NCBI GenBank assembly: GCA_965204755.1
Contig: OZ242011.1
Location: forward strand, 3,712,001 to 3,776,000
Source: Candidatus Marinacidobacterium sp.
Lineage (GTDB): Bacteria > Acidobacteriota > Vicinamibacteria > Marinacidobacterales > Marinacidobacteraceae
DNA: 64,000 bases
Direction of reading: 5' to 3'
Below the pieces are notes generated by a model. It saw only the letters and a list, made by a program, of their open reading frames with translations, had not been told where the DNA came from and made no database searches. Shown here piece by piece: positions 60,123 through 64,000 of the stretch. The translations under genes were made by a program, and so were the position numbers. Position 1 is the first letter of the stretch, and the number at the start of each line of letters is the position of its first letter.

Positions 60123-60877
60123 GCGAAGACTCCCGTCTCCCGGTGGAGCGCCGGGTCTTCGCCTGCCGGGGCCTCGTGAAGCGGTACGGCCGGAGGCGGG
60201 TGGTGAACGAGGTCGCCGTTTCCGTCTCGAGCGGGGAGGTGGTCGGGTTGCTCGGGCCGAACGGCGCCGGGAAGACGACGACCTTCCACCTGATGGTGGG
60301 GTTCACCCGGCCCGAAGCCGGCGCCGTTACCCTCGACGAACAGGACCTGACCGACATGCCGATGCATCGGCGGGCCCGTTGCGGCATCGGGTACCTCCCG
60401 CAGGAGCCCTCCATCTTCCGGGGCCTGACCGTCGAGGAGAACCTCCTGGCGATCCTGGAGACCGTGCCGGGGATGCGCCGGGCCGCCCGGAAGCAGCGGG
60501 CCGCGGAACTCCTCGCCGACCTCGGGCTCGGCGAGCGGGCGAAGAACTTCGGGCGCTCGCTCTCCGGCGGGGAGCGCCGCCGCGCGGAAATCGCCCGCGC
60601 GCTCGCCCGGGACCCCGCCTTCCTGCTGCTCGACGAGCCCTTCGCCGCCATCGACCCGATCGCCGTTTCCGAGGTGCAGCGCATCGTGGCCCGGCTCCGC
60701 GACCGGGGCCTCGGCGTGCTGGTCACCGACCACAGCGTCCGCGAGACCCTGCAGGTCACCGACCGGGCGTACATCATCGAGAACGGGCGGATCCTCTTCG
60801 AAGGGCCGCCGGAGGAACTCGTCCGGAATCCCGAGGTCCGCCGCACCTACCTCGGCGAAGAGTTCGAGTGGCGATGA
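60119..60877 (+). CDS. lptB: LPS export ABC transporter ATP-binding protein
   Basis: GPNGAGKTT, GIGYLPQEPSIFR, LSGGERRR, LLDEPFA, TDHSVRETL, YLGEEF. Confidence 0.96.
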   Translation: MSEDSRLPVERRVFACRGLVKRYGRRRVVNEVAVSVSSGEVVGLLGPNGAGKTTTFHLMVGFTRPEAGAVTLDEQDLTDMPMHRRARCGIGYLPQEPSIFRGLTVEENLLAILETVPGMRRAARKQRAAELLADLGLGERAKNFGRSLSGGERRRAEIARALARDPAFLLLDEPFAAIDPIAVSEVQRIVARLRDRGLGVLVTDHSVRETLQVTDRAYIIENGRILFEGPPEELVRNPEVRRTYLGEEFEWR

Positions 60878-62409
60878 GCCCGTCCCAAAAGCCCCGTCTC
60901 GCCGCGGTCGTCCGGCAGCAGCAACGCCTCACCCTCACGCCGCAGGTCCGCCAGACCATCGAGATGCTCTCCATGCCGATGACGGAACTGCAGATGAGGG
61001 TCGAGCAGGAACTCGTGGAGAACCCGGCGCTCGAGGAAGTCCTCGAGGGCGAGGAGGAGTCGGACGACGAGGACGCCCCGGCGCCGGAAGCCGAGGCCGA
61101 GTCCGCCGACGGGGCCGCCGACGGAACCGGGGAAGAGGCCCGGCAACCGACCGCCGAGGAGGTCGCCACCGCGCCGGAGAAGGACGCGATGGCGGAGATC
61201 GAGACCCGGGACTTCTTCGCCGAGAACTACGATAACACCGGCGGGCTGGCGCTCTCGGAGGAGCCTCCCCCGCTGGAGCGGACGCTTCCGGCCGGCCGGA
61301 CGCTGGCGGAACACCTGCGGGAGCAACTCGGCCTCGCCGTTTCCAGCGAGGCGGAGCGCGCCGTCGGGCTCCACATCATCGGCAACCTCGACGAGCGCGG
61401 CTATCTCGACGCCTCGGTGGACGACCTGGCCCGCTCGAGCGGCGCGAGTCCCGACGAAGTGGAAGCGGTCCGCCAGCAGATCCTGCGGTTCGACCCCACC
61501 GGCTGCGCCTGTCTCGACCTGCGCGAGTGCCTGCTCGCGCAGGTGGAGGCGCGGGAAGGGGACACCGCCCTCCTCGAGAAGATCGTGGCCGACCATCTCG
61601 AGCAGGTGATGGCGGAACGGTTCCGGGAAGTCGCGGAAGCGACCGGCGCGGAGCCGGATGCGGTCCTCCGGGCGATCCGCCGCATCGGCGAACTCTCCTT
61701 CCGGCCGGGAGAGGCTTTCGCCGCCCCGACCCCGTATCGGGTCGTCCCCGATGCCCGGGCGTACCGCTTCAACGGGGAGTGGCGAGTGGAGATGAACGAC
61801 TCGATCCCCCGGCTGCGGGCGAGTCCGGCCTACCGGGAAGTCATCGGTTCGCCGCGGGAGCACACCGCCGAAGAGCAGAAGTTCGCCCGCGAAGCCTGGT
61901 ACCGGGCCAAGGGGTTCCGGCGGTCGGTCGAACAGCGCCAGTTGACCGTGCGGCTCGTGGCCGAAGACATCGTGCGCAAGCAGACGGACTTCCTGAGCGA
62001 GGGGATCGACCGCATCCGCCCGCTGGTGCTGGCCGATGTGGCCCGGGACATCGGCCGGGCGGAGTCCACGGTCTCCCGGGTGGTCAGCAACAAGTACCTG
62101 CAGACGCCGCGCGGCATCGTCCCCTTCCGCCGGTTCTTCCACAGCGCGCTGGCGCTTCGCGACGGACGGCAGGTGTCCTCGGAGGCGGTCCGCGCGCGCA
62201 TCCGGCGGATCGTCGAACGGGAGGATCCGGAGTTCCCGCTCGCCGACGACCAGATCGTGCAGTTGCTCGACCGGGAAGGGATCATCATCGCTCGCCGGAC
62301 CGTCGCCAAGTACCGGAAGGCGATGCGGATCCCCTCGTCGAACGACCGCCGGGCGCGCCACCGGCACCGGTTGCCGGAAGGCGCGAGCCGCTCCGGCCGA
62401 GCCGGCTGA
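60874..62409 (+). CDS. rpoN: RNA polymerase sigma-54 factor
   Basis: Q-rich region I, ENPALE, GNLDERGYL, ESTVSRV..NKY, RpoN box ARRTVAKYR. Confidence 0.97.
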   Translation: MSPSQKPRLAAVVRQQQRLTLTPQVRQTIEMLSMPMTELQMRVEQELVENPALEEVLEGEEESDDEDAPAPEAEAESADGAADGTGEEARQPTAEEVATAPEKDAMAEIETRDFFAENYDNTGGLALSEEPPPLERTLPAGRTLAEHLREQLGLAVSSEAERAVGLHIIGNLDERGYLDASVDDLARSSGASPDEVEAVRQQILRFDPTGCACLDLRECLLAQVEAREGDTALLEKIVADHLEQVMAERFREVAEATGAEPDAVLRAIRRIGELSFRPGEAFAAPTPYRVVPDARAYRFNGEWRVEMNDSIPRLRASPAYREVIGSPREHTAEEQKFAREAWYRAKGFRRSVEQRQLTVRLVAEDIVRKQTDFLSEGIDRIRPLVLADVARDIGRAESTVSRVVSNKYLQTPRGIVPFRRFFHSALALRDGRQVSSEAVRARIRRIVEREDPEFPLADDQIVQLLDREGIIIARRTVAKYRKAMRIPSSNDRRARHRHRLPEGASRSGRAG

Positions 62410-62471
62410 CCGCGGCGGCCGACGGCGCGCGGTTGACCGGCGCGCCGCGGGTCGCGGATACTCGCCGGCCG

Positions 62472-62948
62472 ATGATCGGCATCGTCGTGGTGACCCACGG
62501 GCAGTTGGCCCGCGAACTCGTGGCGGCGGCGGAGATGATCGTCGGGGACGACATCCCGAACGCGACCGCGGTCTCCGTAGGTTGGTTCGACGCCGCGGAG
62601 GAGGCCCGGAAGGCCATCCTCGGCGCGGTCAACCGGGTCTCGGCCGGGGAGGGCGTGGTCCTCCTCACCGACATGTTCGGGGGCACTCCGTCGAACCTGG
62701 CCCTGAGCCTGCTGTCGGAGTCGCGGGTGGAAGTGGTTACCGGCGTGAACCTGCCGATGCTGATCCGCCTGGTCTCGATACGCGAGGAGGAGCAGGTGGG
62801 GCTCGCCCAGGCGGCGCAGGAAGCGGTGGCCCAGGGCAAGGAGAACATCTATCGGGCTTCGGAACTCCTGGCCGGCGGCGCCGGCGCGGGCGAACCGTCC
62901 GGCGGGAGCGCGACGCCCGGCGCCCCGGAGGACGGAGGCGGGTCGTGA
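62472..62948 (+). CDS. PTS EIIA component, mannose/fructose family
   Basis: IVVVTHG (phospho-His), LTDMFGGTPSN, GVNLPML. Confidence 0.93.
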   Translation: MIGIVVVTHGQLARELVAAAEMIVGDDIPNATAVSVGWFDAAEEARKAILGAVNRVSAGEGVVLLTDMFGGTPSNLALSLLSESRVEVVTGVNLPMLIRLVSIREEEQVGLAQAAQEAVAQGKENIYRASELLAGGAGAGEPSGGSATPGAPEDGGGS

Positions 62949-63014
62949 CCTCCGGGGCCGGGCCCCGGCCGCCGGCTTCGTTCGCGTCCCGGGCCGGCTG
63001 AGACCCGCTGCGCC

Positions 63015-63356
63015 GTGCCCAGCCGAACGGTCACGGTCCCGAACCCGCGCGGGCTGCACGCCCGGGCCTCCGCCCGGTTCGTGAAGACGGCGGCGGCCCA
63101 CGACGCGGTGGTGACCGTCACCCGGGGCGAAACGACGATCGACGGCAAGAGCATCGTCAGCCTCCTCTTCCTGGCGGCGGCGAAAGGGACCCGCATCACG
63201 ATCCGCACTTCCGGGCCCGAGGCGGACTCGGCGCTCGCGGCGCTGTGCCGTCTCGTCGAGACCGGCCTCGGGGACCCGGAAAGCCGCGGCCGAACGGACG
63301 GGGACGACCGGACGAGGAACCGGGCGCCCGACCCGGGCCGAGGGAGGAGCGAGTGA
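63015..63356 (+). CDS. ptsH: HPr family phosphocarrier protein
   Basis: GLHARAS (His15), DGKSIVSLL (Ser46 region). Confidence 0.92.
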   Translation: MPSRTVTVPNPRGLHARASARFVKTAAAHDAVVTVTRGETTIDGKSIVSLLFLAAAKGTRITIRTSGPEADSALAALCRLVETGLGDPESRGRTDGDDRTRNRAPDPGRGRSE

Positions 63357-64000
63357 TCCGCGGGGCGGCGCCTTCCGCCTCCCGCCGGCGCCGCTCCGGC
63401 CTGGTCCTTCGCGGGGAGGCGGCCGCTCCCGGTATCGCCGTGGCGCGCGCCGTGTTGTTCGAGCGGCTCGTCGTGCCGGTGTTCCGCCTGGCGATCTCCC
63501 GCCGGGAGACGGCCGCCGAGATCCGGAGGTTCGCGCGGGCGGTGGACGAAGCGGAGCGGCAACTCGAGCGGATCCGCGACTCCACCCTCGCCGCGCTGGG
63601 CAAGGACCCCGCCTACCTCTTCGAGGCGCAGCGCCTCATGTTGCGCGATCCGCTCCTCGCGGACCGCGTCCGGTCGGAGATCCGGGAACGCCGGGTCAAC
63701 GCCGAGTGGGCGCTCCGCAGCGTCCTCCAGGAGTTGGAATCGGTCTTCGACGGGTTGGCGGACGAGTACCTGAAGCAGCGGAAGGGCGAAATCGCGGATG
63801 TCGGCGGGCGGCTGCTCCAGAACTTGGCCGGCCCGACGCATCCGGCGCCCGAGCGAGGAGATCGGAAACAGGTCGTCGCCGCCGAGGACCTCCCTCCGTC
63901 GGACGCCGCCGAACTGGACTGGAGCCGCACTTCGGGCATCGTGATGGAGGCGGGCGGGCCGACCTACCACACCGCGATCCTCGCCCGGACCCACGATGTG
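63353..64000 (+). CDS. ptsI: Phosphoenolpyruvate-protein phosphotransferase (PTS enzyme I), partial
   Basis: Manual translation from GTG 63353: GEAAAPGIAVA, EIRRF, LFEAQRLMLRD, NAEWAL, DEYLKQR..DV, AEDLPPSD, GGPTYHTAILAR; runs off right edge. Confidence 0.93.
   Translation, partial: MIRGAAPSASRRRRSGLVLRGEAAAPGIAVARAVLFERLVVPVFRLAISRRETAAEIRRFARAVDEAERQLERIRDSTLAALGKDPAYLFEAQRLMLRDPLLADRVRSEIRERRVNAEWALRSVLQELESVFDGLADEYLKQRKGEIADVGGRLLQNLAGPTHPAPERGDRKQVVAAEDLPPSDAAELDWSRTSGIVMEAGGPTYHTAILARTHDV

Overview
Very GC-rich bacterial chromosomal window. Gene content (LPS export genes, rpoN-PTS cluster, many secreted PQQ-like beta-propellers, TAXI-TRAP transporters) fits a diderm such as an Acidobacteriota member; this is inferred, not proven. 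Layout: (1) 1-11.3 kb, five secreted PQQ-like beta-propeller genes (one with EF-hand-like loops, one fused to ankyrin repeats), an S9 peptidase and a CxxC hypothetical; (2) 11.4-21.3 kb, a type I restriction-modification operon carrying four cargo genes: a Schlafen/AlbA_2-HATPase protein with an unusual beta-rich C-terminus, an 81-aa protein, and an ABC-type ATPase + DUF4276 (TOPRIM-like) pair. This is the best candidate for an undescribed layered anti-phage system; (3) 21.3-26.2 kb, a Tat-lipoprotein AtzG/GatC-like small protein, a signal-less amidase and a TAXI-TRAP transporter; (4) 26.5-64 kb, mostly housekeeping: dacB, E1-alpha, AhpD-like, DUF349, MFS, hydrolase, pgsA-like, a second TAXI-TRAP, mutS, tsaB, psd, pssA, a large histidine kinase, guaA, dnaE, accA, lptC/A-lptB-rpoN-EIIA-HPr-EI. 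Non-genic signals: a MITE-like repeat family (4 copies, some read in frame inside genes), apparent strong depletion of AGCT and ACGT with C-to-T-type replacements, and several likely leaderless promoters. No rRNA, tRNA, CRISPR array, integrase or transposase was recognised. All calls were made by eye from motifs; no database searches were run.
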